Assembly (NCBI RefSeq): GCF_026571515.1
Contig: NW_026852468.1
Span: forward strand, 434,001 to 498,000
Source: Ruditapes philippinarum
Lineage: Eukaryota
Reading direction: 5' to 3'
Length of the DNA: 64,000 bases
A program made the translations under genes and the position numbers. A model generated the notes under the pieces. That model was not told where the DNA came from. It searched no databases and was given only the letters and a program-made list of their open reading frames with translations. Shown piece by piece: positions 26,024 through 38,475 of this stretch (positions are counted from its first letter, which is position 1; the number at the start of each line of letters is the position of its first letter).

Positions 26024-27557
26024 ACAGGATCACCTTTTTGACATTGCATATTTCAGTCCTATTATCATCATCATATTAAAATCATATTTTCGCTAACGAT
26101 ACACCTGTACGGGGACCTCATAATCCTGTACTTCATTCATCGATTTGTCATGTACACTTTGCACGATAAGCACGTGGAAAAGCATACCCATTGGAATTTG
26201 GTGTTTTCACTTAAACGTGTACAAGCAGCAAGACTTTTCTCGTTTCATTGTAAAACTGTGTTCGAAATTAACAAACTATGGCAAATCGACAGGTAAGACG
26301 TCGTCTTAGTGAAGATGAGATAAACAGGAGTACTGGAATGTTGGAGGCTGGCCGTTCACAACGGCACGCTGCCAATGTTCGTGGGGTATCCCAGAGCGTT
26401 GTCTCCAGGATGTGGAACCGATTCCAAATGACTGGAAATGTCTTGCAGGGCCACGCCGGAGGTCGGGAACGTTCAACGACTCAAGCCAGGACCGATTTAT
26501 TGTCCTTCAGGCCAGGCGCCAATGGTTCTCGAACGCTACGACCTTACGTAACAACTTCCAGAATGCACTTGGTGTGCGTGTTAGCACACAAACTGTTAGA
26601 AACAGGATCCATGATGCTTGGTTGAGGTCACGGAGGCCAACAATTCGCATTCCTTTGACACAACGCCATATTCAAGAGCGTTTGCAATGGGCGTAGACTG
26701 ATGTCACATGGGCGGTTACTGATTGGGCCCGGTCCTCTTCACTGATGAGTCAAGGTTTTGTGTGGACTTTACGGACAGACGGGCTATGGTTTGGAGAAGT
26801 CCAAATGAACGCTTAGCTCCAGCATGCGTTGCAGAACACGACCTTTTTGGCGGGGGTTCAGTCATGGCGTGGACGGGAATAAGCGCTCAGGGGAAAACGG
26901 ACTTACACATCATTGAAAACGGTACACTGACGGCAGTTTGGTACGTCAATGAAATCTAAGACGTCCATGTACGCACGTACGCTGACGCAGTCGGCCCTGA
27001 TTTCATTCTTATGGATGACAACGCCCATAGCACACAGAGCCCACATCACAAACCGATATCTTGAGGAGGCGACTATAGTCCGCATGGATTGGCCAGCGAG
27101 GTCCCCGGATTGAAATTCAATTGAGCATGCTTGGGATATGCTCCAGAAAGCCATTTCTTCACGCCACGTCCAACCAACAAAAGTTCAGGAGCGGAGATAT
27201 GCAATCATAGAGGAATGGGCGCAGCTTCCTCATCACAAGGTCCGCAGGCTCATCAGCATCATGCGGCGGCGGTGCCAGGCCGTAATTAATGCCCGCGGAC
27301 AACATACTCGGTATTAAACACCCTACGCCAACCATTTCCTGATTTGCAAGATTTTTTTATACCACTATGTGATCTCCAAAATGTTGATTTTTGTCCAACA
27401 CACTCATTCCTATCAGGCACACGTCAAGGAATACTTCAATTGTCATTACTTTCATACAAATCAATTCCTAACTAATTATATTTAATTCCTTTTAATCAAT
27501 AATCACATTTTTTACAAATACACAAAAGTAACGCAATTTGAAATATGGCTCAGTGTA
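26024..27557 (+). mobile_element. Tc1/mariner (Tc1-type, DD34E-like) DNA transposon, inactive; transposase remnant 26278-27317
   Basis: Paired-like HTH (GMLEAGRSQRHAANVRGVSQSVVSRMWNRFQMTG), VLFTDESRF, GGGSVMAW, FILMDDNAH, WPARSPD*NSIEHAW and RCQAVINARG, with several frameshifts and stops. The right end is ...ggctcagtg-TA (27555-27557). The left TIR was not resolved, so the start is approximate. Confidence 0.92.
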
Positions 27558-28325
27558 TTTCTTCTGCATGTTAAAATGACTTGCTTATTAAACTTGTTTT
27601 ATAACTATTAAAGTTTTGGATTAAATTATTGCAAACAGACATTATCCTTCTTAAAGAAATTTATAATTTATCGTAAAATGACTGTATAAATGGTCAATGT
27701 GATAATACTGCTATCTTGTCATCGAATTTCGCATGACTATCTCCTTGAAAAGCAACGTCATCTGATAAGAATACCGGGTAATTTCAATTCCATTTTTCTT
27801 TATTAAGGGTATAAAATTATTATTTCAGTTTTCCGCATAAATAACCACGGAAAAATCATTTGAATTAAAAAACCAAGTTTTCTCTTAAGTTCTAATTTTA
27901 CTATTGATTAAATCGCAATTATCCTAACATAAAAGCGTGACTTAAAGTAGAATAGATAATTGTATTTAATCGGCATGCATATCATATATACAAATGTACA
28001 TCAATAGATATGACCCAGATGCCACAGAATTGAATAAAAAAACCTCTATATTTTCATTTGATTCATTTTTAATATATTTAAGTACAGGTTTTGTAAAATT
28101 TTATTTAAAAAACCCTATACCATATCCTTGAAAGTTATTGTCTTGTGGATTTAAAATCGTAGTCGTTCGGCTATTATTGCACATCAAAGGTGCAATTTCA
28201 ATTCAATTACCATAAATTAAGATATTTTATACTTAGTGTTCGGTAAAGATCAGTTCACTCGGATAAAGAATTAATATATGTAAAATATAAGACCAAAATT
28301 GATCTGTAAGTTTAAAGTTAAGTAA

Positions 28326-29357
28326 ATGGAGATGAAATTATCAACCTCTGGTAGACGTGTATGAGATTTTATTGATGCATTATGGAAGTCGCGAATTGCT
28401 TTTGGTTTCAGTCCTGGGTTTAGTGATACTGAAGAACTGGCGTTATCCCACGTTCGATGGTATAATGAGCATGGAAAACAGGAGCTGAAGCAATTTCTGG
28501 TGAATTTAGACGCAGAGCAAATCGTCAAAGATGATACAGAATCAAACAAATATAGCATAATGAACTCCATTGGTGCTAAAATTGCCGCCATAAATCCAAA
28601 ACTTTCAGGGACAATGGTTAAAATGGGAAGCGCACGAAACCATATGAAAATAAATGTGCAACGTTTTGAATGAAAATGCAAAAACCAAAACAATCGGAAC
28701 AACTAAAATTCGACTGTCGATCCTTATAGATTTTGATGGAGGCGAAAGGGTAGATGTTGGCGTATTTGATATTGATGTTTACCCTAACGATCCATGCCTC
28801 GATGAGATATTGTCAATATATGGAATTACTGATGTGGAAAGGTATAAACACCTGCTGTCAAGGGATGGAGAATTTTATATTCTTCATACAGAGGTTCTTG
28901 GACTATCTATATCTAATATCTTAGATTCAGTCATACCGACTGTGGAATTTCCAGAACACTGGAGTCATGGTGGTTTCAATTATCCACATTATAGTGGTGT
29001 ACGTTTAAACATTCCGGCTTATCTCATGCAGTTTGTATATCATTGCACAGATACCCCGTTACATATTTCTGTAGACTTTGCATCGGTATTAAAACTACCA
29101 AATCATTTCAATGTCAAAACAGGTGATTTAGTGGAACAGTTTTTGGAAAAGCATGGTGTTGCAAAGTATCAATGGCATTGTCTCGAATGTGGCCAGATGA
29201 TGGCATTGCCAGGGTATTTGATTTTCTCGCGTCGATAACTGCTGGAGAATCAAGGTCTTTGATACATGTGTACAAATATCCGCAGACTGAGGAACAAGAA
29301 TTCATCAAAAGATGGTTGGTCACTCGGAAAGAGCTCGATGCGTTATTAAATAGTTGA
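28326..29357 (+). pseudogene. Intronless, disrupted Mab-21/cGAS-like receptor (cGLR) nucleotidyltransferase
   Basis: The frame from ATG 28326 has a TGA at 28362 and then reads ...IAAINPKLSGTMVKMGSARNHMKIN (GS loop). After a frameshift at ~28655 it reads ...WSHGGFNYPHYSGVRLNIPAYLMQF...HISVDFASVL, resembling the (G)PAxxL...ISVDLVPAI strand of Mab-21 proteins. A further shift occurs at ~29175. Family assigned by motif recognition only. Confidence 0.6.
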
Positions 29358-30441
29358 TTCATTGAAGCTGCATGTGTGTTAACTTTGTAGAAAACGCAAA
29401 ATCAGCAGATACTGTGTTTTGTAAATATACGCAATGTACTAAAAGTACCAAAAGTTTCACGTGTATAAAAAGTAGTATCAGAAATTAAAGTGAAATTGTT
29501 CAGTAGTATTTGTGTTGATTAGACATTTTTCAATCACTCCTGAAAGGACAGGGTAAACATGGGTGTAAATGGAATGTACTATAATCATTGCCACGATGTA
29601 TTCTTTATGGACAGACGTACGTTTTAAATCAATACCTGAAACCTCTAAATGTCGACCAATGAACAGGCGCACTCATTGCATCAGTCTCGGAAACCTATAA
29701 ATGGTGACAAAACCACAGTCAAATTCAACCTTAACTTTTCGTTTTCTCTGTATGTCTCTGTATGTTTACGAGTTTTCTACTGTTAAACATGAGAAGATAG
29801 TTATACTTTGATGAGATTATCAGAAACATTAAATCAATAGATACGACGATATTCAATACCCTTTCAATGGTCTTATCACATAAATAATTAGGATCACCTC
29901 TAAAATGCCAGAATTTAAAGGTTACATAAGCTTACGCATTTTATAAAGTTTAAAAACATTCTGCATGATTATAAAATGTATTTCTGTTGTACTCGTAACA
30001 AAATGCAATATTTTTTGTATAGATTTATATCTTAATATAAATCATGACAAAGGTTATACTGGTTTACATGTTATATGTTATAACATATGATATGTTATAT
30101 GTTGATATGTAGTATTCACGAGAATGTATGTTATTCGAATTAAATGTCGTCCAATTTTTGTCTCTAATTAGTCGTTAATATTTCTCGTTGTATGCTACTG
30201 ATCCTGCGAGAAGTCCCACCAAACCATTATCTTCTTTTATTGTCTTCACGTTGTGTTTGGCCATGCCTGAAATACGTAAAGTGTGGAAACGTTCAAAACT
30301 TTTCGCGGATATTTTCTATACCTTTATAGATACAAGACAGAAATATGATTTTAATTTAATGAAAGAAAATGCTTCAAAATGAATGAAAATAAAAAAAGGA
30401 AAAAGCTTTCTGCTATTTCTCAGCAACTACAAAGATTGCTG

Positions 30442-33400
30442 TTAATGGCATGCGTAACAGTATCGTCCCTCGCTGAAGAAATGAATGCCTGTAATCAAAA
30501 CAAGCGAGTGCTACGCTTCTTAATCACTTGTAATATTTGCTACACTTAACTATTAGTTTTCTCCCTCATCATCATTTTACATTGTAAAAACATGTATGCT
30601 GTGTTACTGGGGATAAATTCCAGGACTCTGGATTAAATCCATACTTATGCAACAACCATACTCAATAACATTAGTACTGCTCCAGCAAACGGTCTTGAAA
30701 CTGACAGATCTATATGTCAGAATTAACTATTGAGCCAACAAAATGCGCGAACGATATTTGTATTGTTACCTTTAAACAAATCGATTGCTCTTTTGCCAGT
30801 CAAAGAAAACATATTGCTCATGTTTCCTGTAAGTCCCCCACCTGTAAAAAAGCAATGTTTCAAATAAAAACATAATATATATTTCAAACATATCGTTTAA
30901 CTACACACCACCGGCAATGCAAAAACTTGGATTGGCATAATGTCAGTTTAAGAAATTCAGCATGTTTAAAGTTAATAAAAACACGTTCGTTAGTTTTTAC
31001 GAACTATTCACTTCTTCTTTTACCATGTACTGATATTTACACGAAATGTTCGCGCGATAAGCGCATTGAACTGATCAGAAAATCTTTGTATTCAGCCTTT
31101 TCTTTTTCCGAATGTAAGTGTAATGTTACTTTTCTTATTCCAATATTCGTAACTGTTGTTCCACATAAAAAAATTGAATATAATGAATTGTATTTAATCA
31201 TATATAATCACCATATTAGAAAAATTAGTAAAGACCAGTAAATAACTAAATAATACATTTACAATGAAAAAGTAGTTCCAGTGTGGAAATACATTTAACG
31301 AAAATGTTAATTTATTTAATCATCCGCTGATCTGACGCAGAATTCAAGGATGGAAGCAGCACAGCAAGTAAGCAAAAGCAAAGCAAGAGAAGCACATAGT
31401 ATATATTGTATGCGGATTTTCCTTAAATTACCTCCCATAAACCCCATCGGATCCATTAAACTGCTTCCGCCTGAAAATTTCTGTGCGCCACCTATGAAAT
31501 TCAAATAATCTGATGCTAGAAAACACTGTAGACTGAGATATTGAAGCAAAAAATGATATTTAGAAAATAAAACATGCCTTAGACTAAAATGTATTTCAAA
31601 ATGTATAAAATTAAAGAAAATTATTCAGTAAGGAATTGGAGCAGTCAAAATAAAATTTGTCGAACTATTTTCAAATTATATAAAACTGTTCACAAAAAAA
31701 TGTATTAACAGAAAGGTTTTTACAATATCAGATGACAATATGATAAAAGCGGCAAGCTGTTAAAGCGAAACAGATGGTACCTGACATAGCACCAAGGGGA
31801 TCAAGCGGTGAAGACGACGGAGCAGCTGGATTCGAACCTGAAATGTTACCTCCAAATATTTTTTTTCCTTGCGTGATATTAGATATGTTCAATACGCAGA
31901 GTATATTTTTAAGCGATTTTAAAACACATGCAATGCTCTTGTATAAGTATAACATAGAATAAGGGTTATAACAAAATCTGGTTAAAACAAACACAGACTT
32001 CATGCAAAGAATCATTGCTTGATAGAAATAAAGATTGGTTTAATATTGTTATTAGTTTCTTGTGTAATGGTCATGTAAACATCACCTCCGGAACCTGCAG
32101 ACGTGCGCGTTCCTGAACTTGTCCCGGTCATAGAACCTCCTGGCATCATAGGGTTTGTACCACCAGAGCTTCCGGGCATCATTGGGTTAGAACTTCCTAT
32201 AAATATGTTATAATCTGAATAGTAGAGCCACTAGTATGTAAGAACGAACGCCTTAAACTTAACAGTCGTAATTATAATACACATTTCTGAATAAGCATTT
32301 ATAATATATTACATTTTTGAATTGTCACAAATTCCTTTACATTGATGCTTATTTTACATACCTCCTCCCATCATAGCATTAGGATTAAACATGTTTATTC
32401 CACTTCCGCCGGAAGTTGCTGATGATCCACCAGTACTTCCTGTACTACTTCCGCTGCTTCCACTGTTACTTCCGCCACTACTGCTCATCGCATTTGGATC
32501 AAATGTTGACCCACTAGACGAGCCTCCGGACCCGCCCGACGTTCCAGCAGTACTCGAACTTCCTGTTCCCTTACCGGTATTTCCACCTTGCATTACTGCA
32601 TTACCACCACTGTTGATAGCGTTCGATCCTGCCATCATACCTTGGGCTCCATTCATCAAGGTAGAAGCATCTGCCTTATTTAGGTCAGTATTACCACCGG
32701 CACCTAAATTAAAACTTACCTTAACAATATGTTTGTACCAACTTGTTATTTTTAATTCATTTTATGCATTTTCAAGATTTAAAACAATGATGCGAATAAA
32801 TGCCAATCTGCCAAAAAGTAGAAATTATACTCGTTGAATTCGTTTACTCGTATATTTTGTTTTTTGTTTGTTTATTTATTTATTTATTTATTTATTTTTG
32901 TTTGTTTTTTATTTATTTGTTTTTAAAGAATTTTGGAATCGGTATGTAAATATTACATTATGGTTCTATCTTCAAAGCGAGATTTGAACTATATGTATTT
33001 ACCACCAAACATGTTCATGCTCATTCCCTGTTTACCGAGCTGAGCGTTCATTTGACCTGGATTAAAATTTCCCGCATTACTGCCTCCTGAAAAAAGTCAA
33101 AGAAATGCTTAATGATAAAGTTTATATCAAATAATTGTTTGATATTCTCTTTAAAAGACATGATTTCAAAGCTAAATTACCAGTATTACCTAAAAATAAT
33201 GCTAAAAATGGTAACAGATATCTGAGCAGAATTTCACATACATTATTTACTGAAAATTGTCTACCCGAAATTTACCAAAAAAACCCGTTTTTTTTCAGTT
33301 TTGAAACCCCTTTTGGATATATTTTAAATTCATTTAAATTTTTTTTATCTAGGGGAAAATAAAGTTTGCGTTTTAAAAAGGCTTTGGGGAAATTTAAAAT

Positions 33401-36261
33401 AACATAAAAAGCATCCCAAAAGTGAAAGGCTTATAGCATTAGGATACCTGACTGAGACTGGGGACCCATAACTACGCTCATATCTTTACCTGAAAGAAAA
33501 TATAATAATAATAATAATTATAATAATAATAATAATTATTATTATTATTATTATTATTATGTAATATATACTGTCATAATATGAACACTTAAATAAATTA
33601 ATGTCTTCGAACCGTTAAATGTCAACGCAAGGAAAAGAATGGTGATTTTTTTATTACTTTTCAAGAAACGCAAAAAAGTGGGATTTTTCGAAAAAAAAAT
33701 CTATTATTTTGTACTTGATTTCGGCGTAGTTTTTTTTAATGAAATAGAATCGATGATATTGTTAAGCGTATCGAAATACTCTACCAATCTCGAGTATATG
33801 CATGAGACCGATACGACAACATGAGTAGGTGAATTAGCGCCTTAAAAACATAAAAAAATCATGAAAAACCTGTTAAACTTAAACGGTCAGACATATCATA
33901 TATTTTCTGTCATATACATGTATACTAACCCATCATGGGATTTAAGGGGTTAAATCCTGAAGTAGCCATAGAATTTGTCTTTATCGGGTCAAAATTTGGA
34001 GTTCCTGACCCACCAGAAGTTCCGGATGTTCCCGGAGGTGCACTATTCGATGGTCCCCCTGTCATTTGGCTCGAGCTACTACCCTGTGATGGACTTGCTG
34101 ACCCACTGTTTGGCTGCGATGAACCGAAATTCCCGCTTCCTTGTCCAGTGGAAGCACCACTAGCACTTCCAAAAGACGACGCAGAATTTGTAGCAGTTCC
34201 AAACGAAGATGCAGGATTTGTACCGGAAGCAGACGTTCCACTTCCTGTCGAGGTTGATGAACTTCGCAGATACCCCTGCAGGTGGCAACTTCCTACATTA
34301 AGCGCCTCAAATGCCCCTCCTGTAGGGAGTTTTTTTGGGAGGCATGCCATGTTCATTCCGTTTGGCAAAGTGGAGCTTAACCTCCTGTAACCTGGTCCTG
34401 TGAACCCGCTTGCGTTAGGATCATACTTTGGGCCCCGTCCTTTAACAAACTTTGTTAGGATCCATAGCTAGGAAATACCTCCGGTGTTTTGTCATTCCAC
34501 CCAGTTAGGTCCCACCCATCATTAGCACTACCTCCTGGGTTGAGCCTCCAGGACTGTTGACTTCCTGTTAAGGAATTGAGGCATTTTTATCTCATCTACA
34601 AGTATTTGCAATTTGAGTAATACACATATGGTAAAAAACCATCATTATTCATTCATATTGCAATTTTAAAAAATAGTCTAAATTAATATAAAAATCGTTT
34701 CACATTGGTATTGCCTTTTAAAGACCTGATACATTTTAAGCTCCAATTCCCCACCTTTACTTCATGTTAGTATTTGGTTCTTAATTAATTCATTTTTGAA
34801 CCAGGGGTTGGGGTTTGCTCAAACCTTTCAGAAATGGGATGTTCAGGAAAAATGGTTTCTATAAGGGCTTACACAAAATTTTTCTTTAAGTATGTATTTA
34901 GCCAAAAACATTGTAGTACCTGTTCCAGAAGATTTTGCAGTACCCTGTAAGAGTTCCTGTTCCCGCACACCACCAGGACACCATTGGTTTGGATTGTTAA
35001 ACATTTGACCATGCCTGTGTGTAGGATTTTAAATATAAAACCATGAACTTTATACTAATGAGGCCCGGCATTATATGGAATTTAAGGGGTTAAAGTTTTT
35101 ATTTGCCTTATTTTGTGTTTTGTATTAATGTCTTTCATAACAGTGTTGGAGAATAAGAACCAGGTTTCATTGTTATACAGAAAAACTATCTACAAATCAT
35201 GTTTCAACTTGCCACTCTCTCTACTTTTTCACGTTATGTTTTAACTCCCGTAATGGTTTTTGTTATACCTCATGGGCCAATACAGAAACAATGGCAAAAT
35301 ATAGGTATATTTACTTCCACTGGAACCACTCCCGCCTCCGAAGGTATTCGGATTGAAGTTTGAACTACCACTTGTACTTCCACTGCTCGCACCACCACCG
35401 CCACCGAAAGCGTTCGGGTTAAAATTAGCACCGATTTGTGAGTTGAACTTATTTGGGTCAAAGTTTCCGAACATTCCGTCACGACGCTGGCGTTCATGAC
35501 CATCTTCCTGAGTGTACGGATCACTATAATGACCTGAGTTCCACGTGCTGAGGTATACGACATACTCAGAGTTAATCGATACAACTGGCCCTATTTTCGG
35601 ATACGCAGAACCTTTCAAAATAGAAAACGTTCTATCATCTATTACTTATTTCCATCGGAAAGAAAAATAAATTTGCGATCCTTAACTGATTTTTATTTTC
35701 TTATTCTATGTTTAAAGCGGAATGATACAACACTGTATCAACATGCTTTACACAATTATATAAAAGATTTTGTTGTTTAAAAATGAATGCACGTACTTGG
35801 ACAAGTCACAGTTATCATGTTATATATATTATCGGTTATGATCTATTTATATGGCACTGATACTACGCTGCAAATGCATGCTTCATTTCTACACCGCTGA
35901 CGCATTGGAATGACAAACTTGATGAATTTATTTATTTTTATTCCAACAGTACTAAGTTTTACATACCAAAACTAGTACTGCTTTAACTCTTTGGAATACT
36001 CGAGAATTTGCATATCAAGTTTTAGATAGGTATAATATTAAATAAGAAACGAAAAGACATACGTCGAAACGCCATTTGATCGTTATTTTAAACCAGTCAC
36101 TTTGGACGGTTAAAACAATTGTTGTAATTAAAATAAATAAAACAAACCAAAGAAAAAAGAATCTTACTTGCATGTTTAAAATGATGATAAGTTGGATATT
36201 GTGCCATTGCCGATATTATATGGAGAAGAACAAGGCCAATGGCAGCCATGATGGAGGGCAT
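30442..36261 (-). CDS. Secreted Gly/Ser/Met/Asn-rich low-complexity protein (gene B). Clear exons: 36261-36168, 35611-35315, ~34564-33930, 33086-33003, 32703-32362, 32196-32086, 31867-31781, 31515-31432, 30841-30770, 30709-30663, 30488-30442; error-rich probable exons near 35920-35797, 35013-34920 and 33489-33280
   Basis: Signal peptide MPSIMAAIGLVLLHIISAMA; phase-1 GT-AG exons; RQRR site; repeated F(D/N)PN and NPMM(P)GG motifs separated by GS/T linkers. The last two exons and the stop are tentative. Confidence 0.78.
33501..33560. repeat. (AAT)n/(ATT)n microsatellite
   Basis: Directly visible. Confidence 0.85.
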
Positions 36262-37140
36262 ATATCTGTAAGGCAATCAGATAATAGTTCAACTTTTAAA
36301 CTGACCTCACATATCCTGCTATTTCCTGATAATATTCCAAGTAAATAATGGATACTTAATGGAAAAAAAAAAGAAATAACAAACAAAAAACTTTAACCTT
36401 TGCTCAAAGTATGATTTTCCGATTGTGTTGTTGTTTTCAGTATGTTACAACTGTTGGAATAATATAAACAAACGCTTTGTTTGATATAGTTGTAATAACA
36501 TCAAAGTGAATGGCCGTAGAGTAGCCTTATCTTTCTTCATTTCCTCAGAGATAACTTGATTTAGGTCAAAAGTCAAACGATATTTTGTCATAAAATCGGA
36601 CTTATAAAATATTACAAAACTAAAAGTAATACTCATTTTGATAAGGTATAGCTATCAAGTTGATTTCATTCAAAATCATGACTTTTATCTACAGTACATA
36701 TTTAAGTGTTCTATAACACCGTATCTAACTTTCGCATGAGTTATTGTATATATTTATTCATCATCAGCTTATCACTTTTGTCGTTTTCATTATCATCATC
36801 TTTCTCATTATTATTTTCATTGTCATCCTCAGTAACATAGAAAACACCATTGCTTTATCGTCGGATGTGATAAATATATGCGACCGTATATTAGTGTATT
36901 TTCAGTAGTGATTATGGGAGAAACATACATGTATAAACAACAACAACAACAACAACAATGAATGTTCAAAATAAGAAACATGTTAAAAATTTAGCATGTT
37001 ATAGCGCCGAAATGTGATTTATTTTTCCAAAAGAAAATGCATGTCGGAAAATACATACATGTACACCATATTGAGTCAAAAAGGTTAAAACTGTTATTTA
37101 AAGTGCTAGCACAGTTATTTTAACATGGATACAGCACTGG

Positions 37141-37141
<1 letters not shown>

Positions 37142-37192
<51 letters not shown>
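37142..37192. repeat. (GAT)n microsatellite
   Basis: Directly visible; it produces the spurious poly-Met ORF. Confidence 0.95.
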
Positions 37193-37385
37193 ATTAGCGA
37201 TAATGATTATTATGTTGATCATCATCATCATTTCAATAATAATTCATACTGTGTTTACATATCAACCATGTGTGTATTTAAAACGTGTTTTTTTACAATT
37301 GTATACAAACTAAGTAAAAATTATCAATATTTTGAAATATTTAATTTGAGCATAATATATCTTTAGGCATAGAAACATTAAATAG

Positions 37386-37794
37386 TATGGTGGCATATTT
37401 CTGCCAACAGTTAACCATATAACTATCGCGTTAACTATCTGAATAACTAGTAAGTTTTCGTGTAAACACAATAAATAACAGATATTTATCAGACAAACTT
37501 GATATCTTTTTCTGTTAGATAGATAAATAACGAAGAAGTATCTTACATTTCGCATTATATATGAACTGAAATATTATCTAGTTATTTTTTTTAATTATTG
37601 AAAATTTAAGATAGATAAACAGTTAATTATCAATTATTTAACTGGTAAGTGTTGGCAGTTGAGGGCACTTTTTAGTGTTTTTGGAAGTTAGATACTTATT
37701 CGGTATTTTTCTATCTAACAGAAAAACTAACTAGTTATTCAGATAGTTAACGCGGTAATTATTAGTTAACTGCTGGCAGAAATATGCCACCATA
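37386..37794. mobile_element. MITE with long imperfect TIRs and TATGGTGGC...GCCACCATA termini (IS3EU-like)
   Basis: Left tatggtggcatatttctgccaacagttaac...cgcgttaactatctgaataactag matches the reverse complement of 37727-37794 over ~70 bp. No TSD recognised. Confidence 0.8.
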
Positions 37795-37914
37795 CCATAT
37801 CACTGTTATCCATACAGATTTTACTAAATAGAGTAACGATCTACATGTATAGTAACGATCGTCGAGTTTTCACTGACTTCCCTAATATTTCGTTACCTTG
37901 CTTATCATGTTGAT

Positions 37915-38112
37915 AAAAATACTACAGAAATTATGTATATGAAAATTGGCTAGTGAAATTATTTATGAGAAAATATACTAGAGAAATTAAGTATGAAAAA
38001 ATATACTAGAGAAATTATGTATGAAAAAATATACTAGAGAAATTATGTATGAGAAGATATACTAGAGAAATTATGCATCAGAAAATATACTACAAACATT
38101 ATAAATGAGAAA
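37915..38112. repeat. Minisatellite, ~27-bp unit (aaaatatactagagaaattatgtatga), about 6-7 copies
   Basis: Tandem copies read directly. Confidence 0.85.
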
Positions 38113-38475
38113 ACGTATTATTCAAATGATTTTATTATTTACTTATATTTAAACAGATGATATGCTTTAAATTTAAGTCTTAAACAGGACATATATTTTG
38201 AGTATGTATTATAGACATTTTTCCAATATAATGAAACTTGTATAAAATCATACGTTTATTGTATATAATATGACATGATATATCGATTTGTTAACAAAAA
38301 CACTCGTTTTGCTACATTAAGTTCCTATTGTTTTTATGTGTGAAATGATCACTTTAAACCAAAACAATGCTAGTGGTCTATGTTTAAACGTTACTTTCCA
38401 TTTTTTTTAGACCTTTTCTATTGTAAATCTTACCTTATTTAATTCGAAACAAGCAATCAATGACATAATTCACAA

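Noticed and set aside
28271-28702. 143-aa minus-strand ORF
   Set aside because: Codon-aligned antisense shadow of the plus-strand cGLR-like remnant.
32391-34390. Pro/Leu-rich plus-strand ORFs (32391-32837, 33935-34390)
   Set aside because: Antisense shadows of the Gly/Ser-rich exons of gene B, whose splice sites are on the minus strand.
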